A stretch of DNA of 63,979 nt, filler included, from an uncultured Methanosarcinales archaeon (GCA_964608065.1; 3 parts of 3 records of this genome joined end to end with filler, not necessarily neighbours in it), one strand, 5' to 3'; shown: positions 40,054-50,875, counted from the first letter of the whole stretch. Notes: generated from the letters alone by a model not told the origin. Numbers and translations: made by a program.

Positions 40054-41058
40054 TTGGAATTCAGATTATACAAAATGAAGAAGTTAGCGATTAACTTAAT
40101 GAAATTAAAATCAAATTTGATAAGATTCATACTAAGTATCCTATTACACATAATAAGAAGAATCCGACTTGGTTTCATTCGTATAATAAACTATTCAGTA
40201 AGAAAATGGGGTGAAAGTAGATTTAAAGTTCCATCATTCAATGACCCCTCTTTTAAAAAAGGATTGCCCCAAATTGTAGGTCTTATTACATTGGGATTAA
40301 CAATATATACTTTTAATATCAAATTATATAATGCAACTTTAGTTTTTGGAATTATAACTTTTTTATTACTATTTAATTTTCTCCAAGATTGGTTCAAAAA
40401 AATATATGCCTATATAATATTGGGTTTCATTGCTGTAGTTTTCCTCAATTATTTTAATATTCAAATCATAACTGAAAAAGCCCCAAATATCCTCCGTTTT
40501 AATCCAACAGATACACAAATGCAAGCTATTCTTATAGGGGCTTATGTTTTCTTTACATATTTACTTTTTAAAAAAAATTCTGACTCTTTCAACATAAACA
40601 GAGTTCCTTACTTCCAAGTTAGGCAAAATCGTGATGGGATCCATATTCAAAATATGAGTCCTACGCCTGCTAAAGATATTGAAATTAATGTGTTTGCGAC
40701 TAAAAATAAAGATACTGCAGAATGGAGAATAAAAGAAGAGGTTCTACCTATTCACTTTTTGAAAGGAAGGAACTCACACCATATTAAAGAATTAGAACCT
40801 AATGGTTTAGATGGTAATAACAGTGCTATAAGCTTTAAAAACTTATTTTATGAGGATTTTAGAGTTAAATGGGGTTATGAAGAAGTGGATTACGATCCAG
40901 ATTATAAGTACTTTACTAATAATGTTAACAGTTTTAATTTATATACTGTTTTAGAAATCCGATACAAAACCGATACTGGATATGATGCACCAAAAAAATA
41001 TGTTATGTTTGAGTATAATATATATCCTGTTAATGAAAGAGTTCGTTTTAATGATTAA
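40054..41058 (+). CDS. Hypothetical membrane protein
   Basis: 4 TM N-terminal half, soluble C-terminal domain. Confidence 0.65.
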   Translation: MEFRLYKMKKLAINLMKLKSNLIRFILSILLHIIRRIRLGFIRIINYSVRKWGESRFKVPSFNDPSFKKGLPQIVGLITLGLTIYTFNIKLYNATLVFGIITFLLLFNFLQDWFKKIYAYIILGFIAVVFLNYFNIQIITEKAPNILRFNPTDTQMQAILIGAYVFFTYLLFKKNSDSFNINRVPYFQVRQNRDGIHIQNMSPTPAKDIEINVFATKNKDTAEWRIKEEVLPIHFLKGRNSHHIKELEPNGLDGNNSAISFKNLFYEDFRVKWGYEEVDYDPDYKYFTNNVNSFNLYTVLEIRYKTDTGYDAPKKYVMFEYNIYPVNERVRFND

Positions 41059-41132
41059 GCTATGTTTTGATTGTCCTGTAGGGCTTCTTTACCTCTATTT
41101 TTGTAGCATTGAATCAAGAATATTTCTTTAAT

Positions 41133-41732
41133 TTATAAATATTTAAAGTGTTTTTGATGTTTGTATTTATTCCTTTTTTGGAAGCCACACATTAAACAAA
41201 AAGATAAAACAAAAATAGGTTTGCCCTTTTTATTTTGGATAATATGTCTTTTTAAATTTCCTTTTTTACATTTAGGACAATTTAGCCTTTTTTTGATTTT
41301 ATCTTTTGCTTTTTCTTCTTCTAAATCATCTAATCTTTTAAATTCTGATGATAAAGATTCAAATTTTTCATCTTCAAGGTCTTCAAATCTTGAACGGATA
41401 AGTAATTCATTTAACTCCTCTTTTGACAATTCTTTTAGTTTTTTTGACCATAACCATATAGTTTTTTTTGGCACATCAATTTGGTAATTTTCTTTTAAAG
41501 CATTTTTCACTCCTTGAAGTGAAGCTCCCATTTTCCCCCATTTTACTACTCTAAGAATAATCTCTGAAGGGTATTTTGGATTTTTAATCCATTTATTGAT
41601 ACATTTAAAATTATTTGTAAATTTCTTTTTACAAACTTTGCAGAACCACATTTGGACATTTTTTTTCTTATTTTTTCTTTTGCCAAATTTAATTGTAGTT
41701 TCTGCTTGACAATAAGGACATTCTTCAATCAT
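41133..41732 (-). CDS. Zn-ribbon + HTH protein (IS1/IS6 transposase N-terminus-like), second C-terminal Zn ribbon
   Basis: CPYC..KFG....QMWFCKVCKKKF, TIWLW, CPKC..CLMC; no DDE domain visible. Confidence 0.6.
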   Translation of the reverse strand: MIEECPYCQAETTIKFGKRKNKKKNVQMWFCKVCKKKFTNNFKCINKWIKNPKYPSEIILRVVKWGKMGASLQGVKNALKENYQIDVPKKTIWLWSKKLKELSKEELNELLIRSRFEDLEDEKFESLSSEFKRLDDLEEEKAKDKIKKRLNCPKCKKGNLKRHIIQNKKGKPIFVLSFCLMCGFQKRNKYKHQKHFKYL

Positions 41733-41874
41733 AATAGGTAATAATCTAAAATAACTTTATATAACTACCGGAAAGGTAACACCCTGTCTTTAGCTTTATC
41801 GACGTAAAAAAACCAAAAAGATGTTACCCTAAAAGGTAGGTAGACTTATAATCAATAATAATTAATTATTCATT

Positions 41875-42027
41875 ATGACAAAAAATAAACCTAAAATCCA
41901 GTTACGTATTGATGATGAAACTTGGATTAAGTTCAAAAAAATATGTAATTTCGAAAAGAGTCTAAATGAACATATTGTGCACTTAATCAAAGAACACATT
42001 CAGAAAAATGAAATCCAACAAGAATGA
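41875..42027 (+). CDS. Small ribbon-helix-helix protein (not in ORF track)
   Basis: KIQLRIDDETWIKFKKIC..SLNEHIVHLI. Confidence 0.7.
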   Translation: MTKNKPKIQLRIDDETWIKFKKICNFEKSLNEHIVHLIKEHIQKNEIQQE

Positions 42028-42095
42028 GAAAATTAAAATTTATCCAAAATGGATACAAATAGTTATTAATGAAATAGCAAAAGATGTTGAAAAAA

Positions 42096-42251
42096 ATGAA
42101 TAATGATATTATGCCTTCAAAAGCTCAAAAACGTCGAAATATCGCTATGGATGATAACCTTTGGGATAAACTTATCCAAAAATCAAAAGAAGAAAAAAAA
42201 TCAATAAGCTGGTTGATTAGAGAATCTGTCAAACGGAAAATATTATATTAA
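42096..42251 (+). CDS. Small CopG-like RHH protein (not in ORF track)
   Basis: RRNIAMDDNLWDKL..SISWLIRESV. Confidence 0.7.
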   Translation: MNNDIMPSKAQKRRNIAMDDNLWDKLIQKSKEEKKSISWLIRESVKRKILY

Positions 42252-42263
42252 GGAGGAAAGAAA

Positions 42264-42758
42264 ATGAAAGAAAAAGTAAATGAAGTTATAGGAATCTTAA
42301 GAAAAGTGAAGAGTATTCTTTGTTCAGTGGACTCTACTTTAAACAGCATGGCTCTAAACAAAGGATGTTTAACAAAAGAAAATGAAAAGAAGATATTAAA
42401 ACTTTTAGAAGATAAAGTTTCACTAAAGAAAGAGGAAATAATGGTAAATCTAGGGGTCAGTCGCAATAATGCTCTGGACATTATGAAAAGAATATCGGGA
42501 AAAAAAGAGGAGATAATTTATGTTCAAGGTAGTGGAAAAAAGCCATCGACATTATTTCAAATTGGCACAGATATAATTTCCCAAAAATCTAAACTATTAA
42601 TCGACCTAATGCCACGAGCATCAACATGGAAAAGAGAAGAGATAATGGAAAAATTAGATGTGTCCAATGATTTAATTAATGAAGTTGTAAATGTAGCTAA
42701 CAATATTAAATCTGGAGAATTTAAATGGGACATTGGAAAATTGTTAAGAATGAGATAA
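42264..42758 (+). CDS. Hypothetical protein, tandem winged-helix-like
   Basis: AGGAGG SD; two EEIM..L.VS repeats. Confidence 0.6.
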   Translation: MKEKVNEVIGILRKVKSILCSVDSTLNSMALNKGCLTKENEKKILKLLEDKVSLKKEEIMVNLGVSRNNALDIMKRISGKKEEIIYVQGSGKKPSTLFQIGTDIISQKSKLLIDLMPRASTWKREEIMEKLDVSNDLINEVVNVANNIKSGEFKWDIGKLLRMR

Positions 42759-43192
42759 ATGAAATGCATGTCATTAACTCTCCCCCATTAAATAATTAAT
42801 AAATAATAACATAGTGGTATATAATGCACTGTGCAATACTATACTTTATCTATAAGAACCTAAACCTCTGGATGAGGTGGTTAATAACCATGCACTAAAA
42901 TCAATTAGAATTATACCTTTTTAGGTATTAATTAATTAAGCAAGTTAGGTGGTAATAATCCTGCTCAACGAAGGGAGATTGTACTGTAGAGGCGAAAAAT
43001 GGCATCCAAAAAAAAGTATGGTGGGTTGGAGGGGGTCTGAAAATAGTAGGGCAGAAAAGAATAAAAATACCTCTAAACAAAAAAACCAATAAAAATCTGC
43101 ACCCATACAACCTAGACCAATCAAATGCAATCTATATAGATACACCATTCACTAAGGAACAACTAGTAAAAAGAGAAGTAGATCTATATAGT

Positions 43193-43465
43193 ATGGCTTC
43201 TTTCATAGAAGAGCTTCTAGAAGACAAACCAGACGGATTCTATTATGTACATGGTAGACCACCAGCAAGTCACGGAAGGCTACATGGACTGTACTGTGTT
43301 CCAATAGCTAAACTCTACAAACAAGGAGACAGCTATGATTGGGAATACAGATATACATACAAGACCAAAAAATATCCTCTGAAAAAGAAAAAAAGGGTTT
43401 GGAGATTACCAAGACATAGAAAAAGATTATACTTACTACATGATAAACGAATATTTCCTGATTAG
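43193..43465 (+). CDS. Hypothetical basic protein
   Basis: 90 aa ATG ORF. Confidence 0.4.
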   Translation: MASFIEELLEDKPDGFYYVHGRPPASHGRLHGLYCVPIAKLYKQGDSYDWEYRYTYKTKKYPLKKKKRVWRLPRHRKRLYLLHDKRIFPD

Positions 43466-43938
43466 AGAGGTTAATGAAATACCTATCTGTTAGAACTAAG
43501 CCACTTCATAAAAAATAAATAGTCCCACCCAGTCCCCACACATAGGGAATACGCCTTAATTATACCAATTCAGCACGATTCTTTGGCAAGTTGATAAAAA
43601 TAAGAAGAAAGTATGGTTCTAATCCTCATGTGTAGAGACTTTTAAGTAAAATAAAAATTTTTCTTTATAGTGTATTTCAACTAGCTGGATTATGATAAGG
43701 GGTTAAGTCTTATAATTCAAGAACATATCTGATGGAGTATTAAGATTGTAGTTAATAAAAAAGATTCTGCATAGAATAAGTCTTATTTGACCACTTTCCA
43801 GCAAGAAAGCACGGTTACGCACTCTAACCATAGTTTAATAACCCTATTTTGATCTATAAATAAAACAACTCAAACTATAAGGGAACATATATAGAATATT
43901 AATATTACTAAATTTTTTCTATATAACTAAACCAGTAG

Positions 43939-44694
43939 TTATGTTTTTTCTCCACATTTTGGACAATGTTTATCTTCCATAGAGGTTTTTGAACCACAGA
44001 TTTGACAATATTTTTTTTTATTTTTTTGAATCTTTCTCTTTTTTTTATGTTCTTTAAAGGTTAAATATATTATTAATCCAATAATAAGTAGTATCCCTAT
44101 AGGAACTAAATAAATTAGATTATATGGTTTTTTAGGTGGTATGTCTTCAGTGCAAAAACGATTTACTATGCCTTGTTTGTTTGTTTTGGCATCACATTTT
44201 TCATTGCAAATTCTAAAAGTTTCCCAATTACCAGCTTTATTACATCTTTTTATTAAACTGTCATCGCACATATAATCTTCAGGTTCACATAACGGTCTAT
44301 TTTTTACACAAACAGGAACTTCTATCAAATCATATTTGTCTGGATTTGCTGAATCAGATATTTTGACTGAACAAATTCCTCTTTCTTCAGCTTCATTTGT
44401 ATCTCCGTAAATAGGAAGCTTAAAAGATTCGCTTAAATCTGCTTCTAATTTTATAGTATTATATGCTTGTGATGAAAAAGGAGTTTCGCATTCAACTTTA
44501 ATATTAAATGAAGCATCAGCACCCCCAATATTTTTCACTTTCAAATCAATCAATCCATTTCCCCCTTCTATAAAACATTCGCTACTTGCTCTTTCAATTT
44601 TAAACATACTTGAAGGACTATAAATTCCAACTTGAGCAGAAACAGAATTATATAGTAAAATCATTAAGATTAAGCTTAGTATTATTTTTTTCAT
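43939..44694 (-). CDS. Secreted Cys-rich protein with C-terminal TM and cytoplasmic Zn ribbon
   Basis: Signal peptide, TM, CQICG...CPKCG. Confidence 0.75.
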   Translation of the reverse strand: MKKIILSLILMILLYNSVSAQVGIYSPSSMFKIERASSECFIEGGNGLIDLKVKNIGGADASFNIKVECETPFSSQAYNTIKLEADLSESFKLPIYGDTNEAEERGICSVKISDSANPDKYDLIEVPVCVKNRPLCEPEDYMCDDSLIKRCNKAGNWETFRICNEKCDAKTNKQGIVNRFCTEDIPPKKPYNLIYLVPIGILLIIGLIIYLTFKEHKKKRKIQKNKKKYCQICGSKTSMEDKHCPKCGEKT

Positions 44695-44767
44695 ATTTTT
44701 TAAATCCCTTCTATTATGTACACGTACACGAAAAATACTATATAAAACTATCGTTCATACATACACA

Positions 44768-44932
44768 ATGGCAAGAAGCAAATACACCAACATAGCTGTA
44801 CCAGAAGAATTGGCAAAAGAAATAGATAAATTTATCAAAAAACTTAAACTTGGTTATAGAAGTAGAGCAGAATTTACCATAGAAGCCGTTAGAGAGAAGA
44901 TGAGAGATTTGATAAAAACTAAGAAACTCTAA
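44768..44932 (+). CDS. RHH/CopG-family protein (not in ORF track)
   Basis: YTNIAVPEELAKEID..GYRSRAEFTIEAVREK. Confidence 0.8.
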   Translation: MARSKYTNIAVPEELAKEIDKFIKKLKLGYRSRAEFTIEAVREKMRDLIKTKKL

Positions 44933-44965
44933 AATGATTAGAGTTCTTTAGATTTCTTATAAAAC

Positions 44966-45973
44966 CTAAAATTTACTTGGAAGTAAAAAAGGTCTTCCCA
45001 TATTATATTGCTTGAGTATGAATTGTTTTTTTAAATCATCGTTCACTCCAAGTAGCTTGAAGATTACATCTTGCATTAATCTTTGAAGTTTAGATGTATA
45101 TTGGGGATTCTTCAATAGTAAATTAGAATGGAGATTGTGTACTAAGCCTCGACGAATTTTTATAAGCTTCTCTAATTCCTTATTATCAAAACTTAAATCT
45201 AAAGATTCTAAATACCATTTCATTTTGATTTTAGTATTCTGCTCATATAAATATGTAGCTCGCATATTTTTAATAACATGATTTATCCTACTGCCTCTTT
45301 TAATAAAATAATATAATTTTAAACTACATTTTACAAATTTTTTCAATTTTTTAATTTCAGTTTTATTTAAACCTCTGTTAGTGTAAATGCAAGAATTATA
45401 TTTTTCATTGGCTAATTTTTCTAAAGCAATCCATCCTATTAAAAATTTTAATTCATTGACCATTTGTGATTTTGAAATCATATAGGCATATATTATTATC
45501 ATAATTTCATCTTGTTTTTGTTGTTCAGATTTTTTTAATGTATCTAAAGCTGTGTTAACAAATAAGCTTATATCTTTTTTAAAACTAATTCTTCCTATAC
45601 GAGTTCCAGACACTAATTCTGAAAACCTATTCTCTATAGGTTCTATCTGCTTTGGCTCTGATGAAATATATTTTCCCCCTTTCTTATAACTATACCACTC
45701 TGAGAAATATACACTTCTACTTTGTGCGAATGAATAAATCATTTCTAACCAATTTGCAATTTTTTTAGCTTCTTCTTCATTATTTGCTTTAATGTAACAT
45801 TTTGCAGTTTTAAATCCACCATATCTGAATTGGCTTGAAAGATTTTTTCTTTCTTTTTCAAAACGTTCGGCTATGCGAAGAGGAGTAATTCTAATTCCCT
45901 TTTCTGCATTCACATAACCATCTTTAGGAATGTACAGGTTATAAAAGTAAAAGACGTAAGTTTTCATATTCAA
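44966..45973 (-). CDS. ApeA-like HEPN domain protein
   Basis: FLIGWIALEKL and RRGLVH (RxxxxH) motifs. Confidence 0.65.
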   Translation of the reverse strand: MNMKTYVFYFYNLYIPKDGYVNAEKGIRITPLRIAERFEKERKNLSSQFRYGGFKTAKCYIKANNEEEAKKIANWLEMIYSFAQSRSVYFSEWYSYKKGGKYISSEPKQIEPIENRFSELVSGTRIGRISFKKDISLFVNTALDTLKKSEQQKQDEIMIIIYAYMISKSQMVNELKFLIGWIALEKLANEKYNSCIYTNRGLNKTEIKKLKKFVKCSLKLYYFIKRGSRINHVIKNMRATYLYEQNTKIKMKWYLESLDLSFDNKELEKLIKIRRGLVHNLHSNLLLKNPQYTSKLQRLMQDVIFKLLGVNDDLKKQFILKQYNMGRPFLLPSKF

Positions 45974-45977
45974 TTAT

Positions 45978-46892
45978 TTATAATTTTTTTCTAATGTGTT
46001 TTAATAACTTTCTTATTAATCGAAATTGAAAATTAACCATATTCTTATTTTCCCTTTCTTTTAACTTAACCCTGTTTTTATTTTTTCTTTCTTTTAACAA
46101 GTCAATAATGAATTTAAAAATTAAAATAATGCTTGAACCAAGTATAGATATTCCTAATCCATTCAATAAATTTTTCCAAAAAATAATTTTTTTGTTTATA
46201 GTTTCGAGTTTAAACTTTCTCCAATTAGAAGACTCCTCAAGCAATCTTAATTTTATATCTTTTTTCCCTCCTTTCACCATATATTTTTCAAAACCATCCA
46301 TTTCTTTTAAGCATTCACCTTCACAATCAAAAGCTTCACCTATTTGAAAATCAATTGCATACTTATCATAATTAAGATTATTTCTTGGATTGTGAATAAT
46401 AAATAATCCTTGAGGAATAATATCCATATTGTAACTTATAACCACTTTTTTGTCTTCCAGATTTTTTGGTATATCATCAACTATTAATGTTGTGTGTCTT
46501 GGCTGATTAACAGGATTTTCTGTATAACGTAGTTTTATATCCTTTGAGTCAATCTCGTTTTCACATTTAGAAATAGACTCTCCACAATCAAATAACTTAA
46601 TATTTGTCCTTTTTTCATCTATAAATGTCGGAAAATCAATAACAATATTTTCTATTGTATCATCAAAATTAATCGTAAAAGATATAACCCCTTCTTTTGT
46701 TGTAAAATCATGTTCCCACAAAAAGAAATTAAAAGGTCTGGGCTTTTCATTTTGAGTATACATTTCAACTTCAAAAAAGTAAACATCAGGTAATAAATCT
46801 ACAGATAGTTTGCTAGAAACCACAATGGAAGAAATTCCTAAAATAGCCAAAAAGAGGAATATACAAAATTCAACTACATATATTTTTTTCAT
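45978..46892 (-). CDS. Hypothetical protein with N- and C-terminal TM helices
   Basis: Two TM flanking a soluble domain. Confidence 0.65.
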   Translation of the reverse strand: MKKIYVVEFCIFLFLAILGISSIVVSSKLSVDLLPDVYFFEVEMYTQNEKPRPFNFFLWEHDFTTKEGVISFTINFDDTIENIVIDFPTFIDEKRTNIKLFDCGESISKCENEIDSKDIKLRYTENPVNQPRHTTLIVDDIPKNLEDKKVVISYNMDIIPQGLFIIHNPRNNLNYDKYAIDFQIGEAFDCEGECLKEMDGFEKYMVKGGKKDIKLRLLEESSNWRKFKLETINKKIIFWKNLLNGLGISILGSSIILIFKFIIDLLKERKNKNRVKLKERENKNMVNFQFRLIRKLLKHIRKKL

Positions 46893-47005
46893 CTTAGACA
46901 GTAAATTTCTCTTTTGAGGCTTTTTAAGTTTTACTTTATTGTGTATTATGGTATGTGCATAGCCGATTTTTCTTAAATTTTGTTGATTTGTATTCTTGAG
47001 TATGG

Positions 47006-47105
47006 NNNNNNNNNNNNNNNNNNNNNNNNNNNNNNNNNNNNNNNNNNNNTTAATTAATTAANNNNNNNNNNNNNNNNNNNNNNNNNNNNNNNNNNNNNNN
47101 NNNNN
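47006..47105. other. Artificial contig linker
   Basis: N-run with TTAATTAATTAA. Confidence 0.98.
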
Positions 47106-47149
47106 TTTTTGGCTCCTGATATAATCTATATAACCATTCTAAGCCATGC

Positions 47150-48496
47150 CTAATCATCCAATTGTTTTTTATCAACTTTAGAAGGCGCATCTAACATTAA
47201 ATCTTTAGCATCTTTATTCTTTGGGAATGCTATTACTTCTCTGATTGAATCCTCACCGCAAATTATAGCCATCAATCTATCAAGACCAAAAGCAATTCCA
47301 CCATGAGGTGGAGCTCCATACTTGAATGCTTCTAAGAGAAAACCAAACTTCTTCTGAGATTCTTCTTTTGAAATCCCTAAAACCTTGAACATCTTTTCCT
47401 GCATCTCTCTTTTGTGTATCCTGATAGAACCTCCAGCTATTTCATGACCATTAAGAACTAAATCATATCCATTTGATCTTGCTTTCTCAGGGCTCTTATC
47501 TAACAATTTAACATCAGACTCTTTAACAGAGGTAAAGGGATGATGCATTGCCTGATACCTTTTTTCATCTTCATTCCATTCTAATAAAGGAAAATCTACA
47601 ACCCATACAAACTTGAACTCTTCTCCTTTCTTCCTTAAATCAGGCTTATCGCTTTTATACTTTTTAATTGCTTCTTCATGAGTTACTCTTTCAAAAGGGA
47701 TCTTCAGGTCTTTGCCTAAAACCGTTTTCCAGACATATTTCAGCATATTCTCGATCAAGGAATATATATCTTCTTCATCAACAAAGCTCATCTCAATATC
47801 TAGCTGAGTAAACTCTGGCTGTCTGTCTGCTCTTAAATCTTCATCTCTATAACATTTTACAATCTGTACATATTTATCAAAACCAGCAACCATAGATAGC
47901 TGTTTAAACAATTGTGGACTTTGAGGTAAAGCAAAAAAATTTCCATGATCTACTCTTGAAGGAACAAGATAATCGCGAGCACCTTCTGGTGTTGATTTAG
48001 CCAAGACAGGTGTTTCAATCTCCAAAAATCCTTCTTTATCAAACCAGTCCCTCATTACCTTAAACACCTTATGCCTTAATATCAAATTATCCTGCATCCT
48101 CTTTTTTCTCAAATCCAGATATCTGAACTTCAGCCTTGTCTCTTCAGTAGATTCAACATTTTCATCAAGCTCTAAAGGCAAAGGTTCTGCTGGATTCAGA
48201 ATTTCAACTTCAGTTGCACAAAGTTCAATTTCTCCAGTGCTTAATTCTTTATTAATCTGTTTATCTGGACGTGCATTAACATCTCCTTTTACCATAATGA
48301 CGCTTTCCCTTCTAATCTCACCTAATTTCTTAGTAAGATTAGGATCAACAAATATTTGGGTTATTCCATACCTATCTCTTAAAAGAATAAAGCCTATTCT
48401 GCCTTGAATCCTATGAGCATCAACCCAACCGCATAAAACTGCTTTTTTACCTACTTCCTTCTTACTCAATTCTCCGCAAGTATGTGTTCTTAACAT
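47150..48496 (-). CDS. aspS: Aspartate--tRNA ligase, bacterial-type, lacking GAD insertion; last residues replaced by chimeric sequence
   Basis: MLRTHTCGEL, STPEGARDYLVPSR, ALPQSPQ, RDEDLRADRQPEFTQLD, GAPPHGG. Confidence 0.95.
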   Translation of the reverse strand: MLRTHTCGELSKKEVGKKAVLCGWVDAHRIQGRIGFILLRDRYGITQIFVDPNLTKKLGEIRRESVIMVKGDVNARPDKQINKELSTGEIELCATEVEILNPAEPLPLELDENVESTEETRLKFRYLDLRKKRMQDNLILRHKVFKVMRDWFDKEGFLEIETPVLAKSTPEGARDYLVPSRVDHGNFFALPQSPQLFKQLSMVAGFDKYVQIVKCYRDEDLRADRQPEFTQLDIEMSFVDEEDIYSLIENMLKYVWKTVLGKDLKIPFERVTHEEAIKKYKSDKPDLRKKGEEFKFVWVVDFPLLEWNEDEKRYQAMHHPFTSVKESDVKLLDKSPEKARSNGYDLVLNGHEIAGGSIRIHKREMQEKMFKVLGISKEESQKKFGFLLEAFKYGAPPHGGIAFGLDRLMAIICGEDSIREVIAFPKNKDAKDLMLDAPSKVDKKQLDD

Positions 48497-48537
48497 ATTT
48501 ACTTAAGAATTCTACCACACTTTAAATAATTTATTAT

Positions 48538-49488
48538 TTATAGCAAGAATTTTCCGTCTTTCATCATCTTCTTATTATCAACATATATTGTAGGATTGAA
48601 CAAAACACCATCTAGATGGCATCCAGCTTTAACTGCTCCACCTAAAGAGATATTATCTCCAAGAGCTATGTGTGCTGTCCCAAGCGCTTTTTCATCCTCT
48701 AGAACAGTACCTGTAACCTTTGCCTTTGGATTAGTACCAATCCCAAGCTCAGCAATATTTCTAGCACTCTTACCAAGATCTTTTATTAAACCTTTAAGTT
48801 GTCTAGCATGCTTTCCTTCAAATTCAACTGCAAAACCATTCTTAATTGTAATTTTCAAAGGGCTATTAAGTTTTCCAATACCGCTCATAGAAGCATCAAA
48901 AACCAGAACGCCATTAGCAGTACATTCTAATGGAGCTATCATAACCTCTCCAGAAGGTATGTTCCCCCATTCTCCAGGATTTCTATAAAAACCTAAGTCA
49001 GGTATTCCTTCTCTTCCTTTTATTGAAAAAATAATGTTTGTACCTTTCTTTGTGATTACCTTTATTTTCTTCCCTTTTGTAAGTCTCTTTGCTATCTTAT
49101 TATTTAATGATTGTATATTACTATAATTCACATCTATTGCTCTCTTCATAATACCTTCAGTTATACCTGGCATTGAAGCTACTCTCGCGCCCTTATCAAC
49201 TGCATTCTTCCTAGCTAAGGTATGGCTTAAACTATTGGTTGTTACCAGCAACACAACATCATATTTTAACATCTCTTTAGCAATATTTTTAATTGGTTCT
49301 TGACCATGGACCTTACCAATAGACTTATTTAACAAACTAAATTTCTCTGTAATTTTTTTTACTTCTTTAAACAAAACATTAGCAATCCTTCTCTTATTTT
49401 TATCAGTGACTATCAAACAAGATTCATTTGGCTTTAAACCCATGCAATTACTAATTATGATTTTAGCAGCTTTTTGTAAAGAAGTCAT
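48538..49488 (-). CDS. M29-like (thermophilic metalloprotease family) aminopeptidase
   Basis: NIPSGE, IAELGIGTN, EDEKALGTAHIALGDN, HLD. Confidence 0.85.
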   Translation of the reverse strand: MTSLQKAAKIIISNCMGLKPNESCLIVTDKNKRRIANVLFKEVKKITEKFSLLNKSIGKVHGQEPIKNIAKEMLKYDVVLLVTTNSLSHTLARKNAVDKGARVASMPGITEGIMKRAIDVNYSNIQSLNNKIAKRLTKGKKIKVITKKGTNIIFSIKGREGIPDLGFYRNPGEWGNIPSGEVMIAPLECTANGVLVFDASMSGIGKLNSPLKITIKNGFAVEFEGKHARQLKGLIKDLGKSARNIAELGIGTNPKAKVTGTVLEDEKALGTAHIALGDNISLGGAVKAGCHLDGVLFNPTIYVDNKKMMKDGKFLL

Positions 49489-50060
49489 TTTCTTTTATGT
49501 ATATCATACATTATCTCTTCTATCTTTTTCAAGTTCCACTTAATAGAATCACTTTTTTTCCTTAAATAGCTATTCCTCAGATTAAATTTCAAGAATTCTC
49601 CATATATTTCTTCAACAAGTCCTTTTATTTTCTTAACAGATTTATAATCCTTCTGCACTGTTAAGGCTACTGCTTTTCTTGCTAATTCCCCTGTTAGATC
49701 ACATATTCCCATCAAATAATCTTCTGTCCCTACTTTTAAAGATGACCTGGTTGGAACGCTTATTCCTTTGATAAATGAATAATAACAGATAGCTTCTACA
49801 TACTCTTGCAATGCCTCGCTATAAGACCCTTCATATGTCAATTTCTTATACTTATTTGCTATATTGTCAAGTTTTGACTTTTCACTATTAACCCCCTTTA
49901 ATAATTTATTAATCTCATTCAGATTATTTCTATGCAAAGAATAAATAAGCTGCTTTGATAATTTCAAAACATCCCTTGATTTTTTAATTAGTACTTCTCT
50001 TTGTTGGTCTATCTGTGAAAGTTCTTTCCCTATACCCTTAAATTCCTTTTTACTTAACAT
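49485..50060 (-). CDS. Translin/TRAX family protein
   Basis: REVLIKKSRD, ALQEYVEA, YLMGICDLTGEL, LRKKSD. Confidence 0.88.
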   Translation of the reverse strand: MLSKKEFKGIGKELSQIDQQREVLIKKSRDVLKLSKQLIYSLHRNNLNEINKLLKGVNSEKSKLDNIANKYKKLTYEGSYSEALQEYVEAICYYSFIKGISVPTRSSLKVGTEDYLMGICDLTGELARKAVALTVQKDYKSVKKIKGLVEEIYGEFLKFNLRNSYLRKKSDSIKWNLKKIEEIMYDIHKRK

Positions 50061-50229
50061 TTTTACTTGATATACTAAAAAATATCTGTTTTTTTATAAA
50101 CTTTGTTGTTATGTGTACATACCCCCCATATAAATTTTCCGAAAGCTTTGAAAATGCTTACATTTTCAAGCATCGAAAATATATGTATTTTCGAAAGTTT
50201 TATATATAAAGCATATTAGTATTTAGTCT

Positions 50230-50823
50230 ATGGCAGATGTATCCACATTCCGTAATGTACTGGAACTTTTTGATAAAATCGGAATATATGATGTAGTTTT
50301 GCCTTTTTTGCTTGTATTCTCAATTACTTTTGCTATTTTTGAAAAAACAAAAGTACTTGGTACAGAAGAGATAGAAGGCAAAAAATATACTAAGAAAAAC
50401 CTAAATGCAATGGCTGCATTTGTCATTGCTTTCATGGTTGTTGCTTCTTCAAAACTAGTTGAAATGATAACAGAAGTCAGCAGCCACATGGTAATTTTAC
50501 TTTTATTGGTTGTTTTCTTCTTATTATTAATAGGCTCATTTTACAAAGAAGGAGAGGGTGTATTTTTGGAAGGCGGGTGGAAGATTGGTGGAATGATTAT
50601 ACTATTAATAGGAATTGTAGCAGTTTTTGCACAAGCTATAAAAATGGATAACGGACAGGGTTTTTTAGAATACGGATGGAACTGGCTTATAAATCATTTA
50701 TCTAGCACAGCTGTTGCTTCAGTTATATTACTTATAGTTATACTTTTATTCATGCTTTACATAGTTAAAGAACCAAAAGGCGAAAAAAAAAGCATAAGTA
50801 AACCTGAAGAAAAAAAAGTATAG
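50230..50823 (+). CDS. Membrane protein, paralog 1 of tandem trio
   Basis: GIYDVVLPFLLVFSITFAIFEKTK. Confidence 0.8.
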   Translation: MADVSTFRNVLELFDKIGIYDVVLPFLLVFSITFAIFEKTKVLGTEEIEGKKYTKKNLNAMAAFVIAFMVVASSKLVEMITEVSSHMVILLLLVVFFLLLIGSFYKEGEGVFLEGGWKIGGMIILLIGIVAVFAQAIKMDNGQGFLEYGWNWLINHLSSTAVASVILLIVILLFMLYIVKEPKGEKKSISKPEEKKV

Positions 50824-50875
50824 AATACTTCAAAATATTTTATAAAAAAAAAAAAAAAAAGGAGGATAAATTAAA

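Noticed and set aside
47106..47160. Minus-strand WMIRHGLEWLYRLYQEPK (WecB/TagA/CpsF glycosyltransferase motif) overlapping the aspS end
   Set aside because: Chimeric contig end joining an unrelated gene fragment; not a real overlap or fusion
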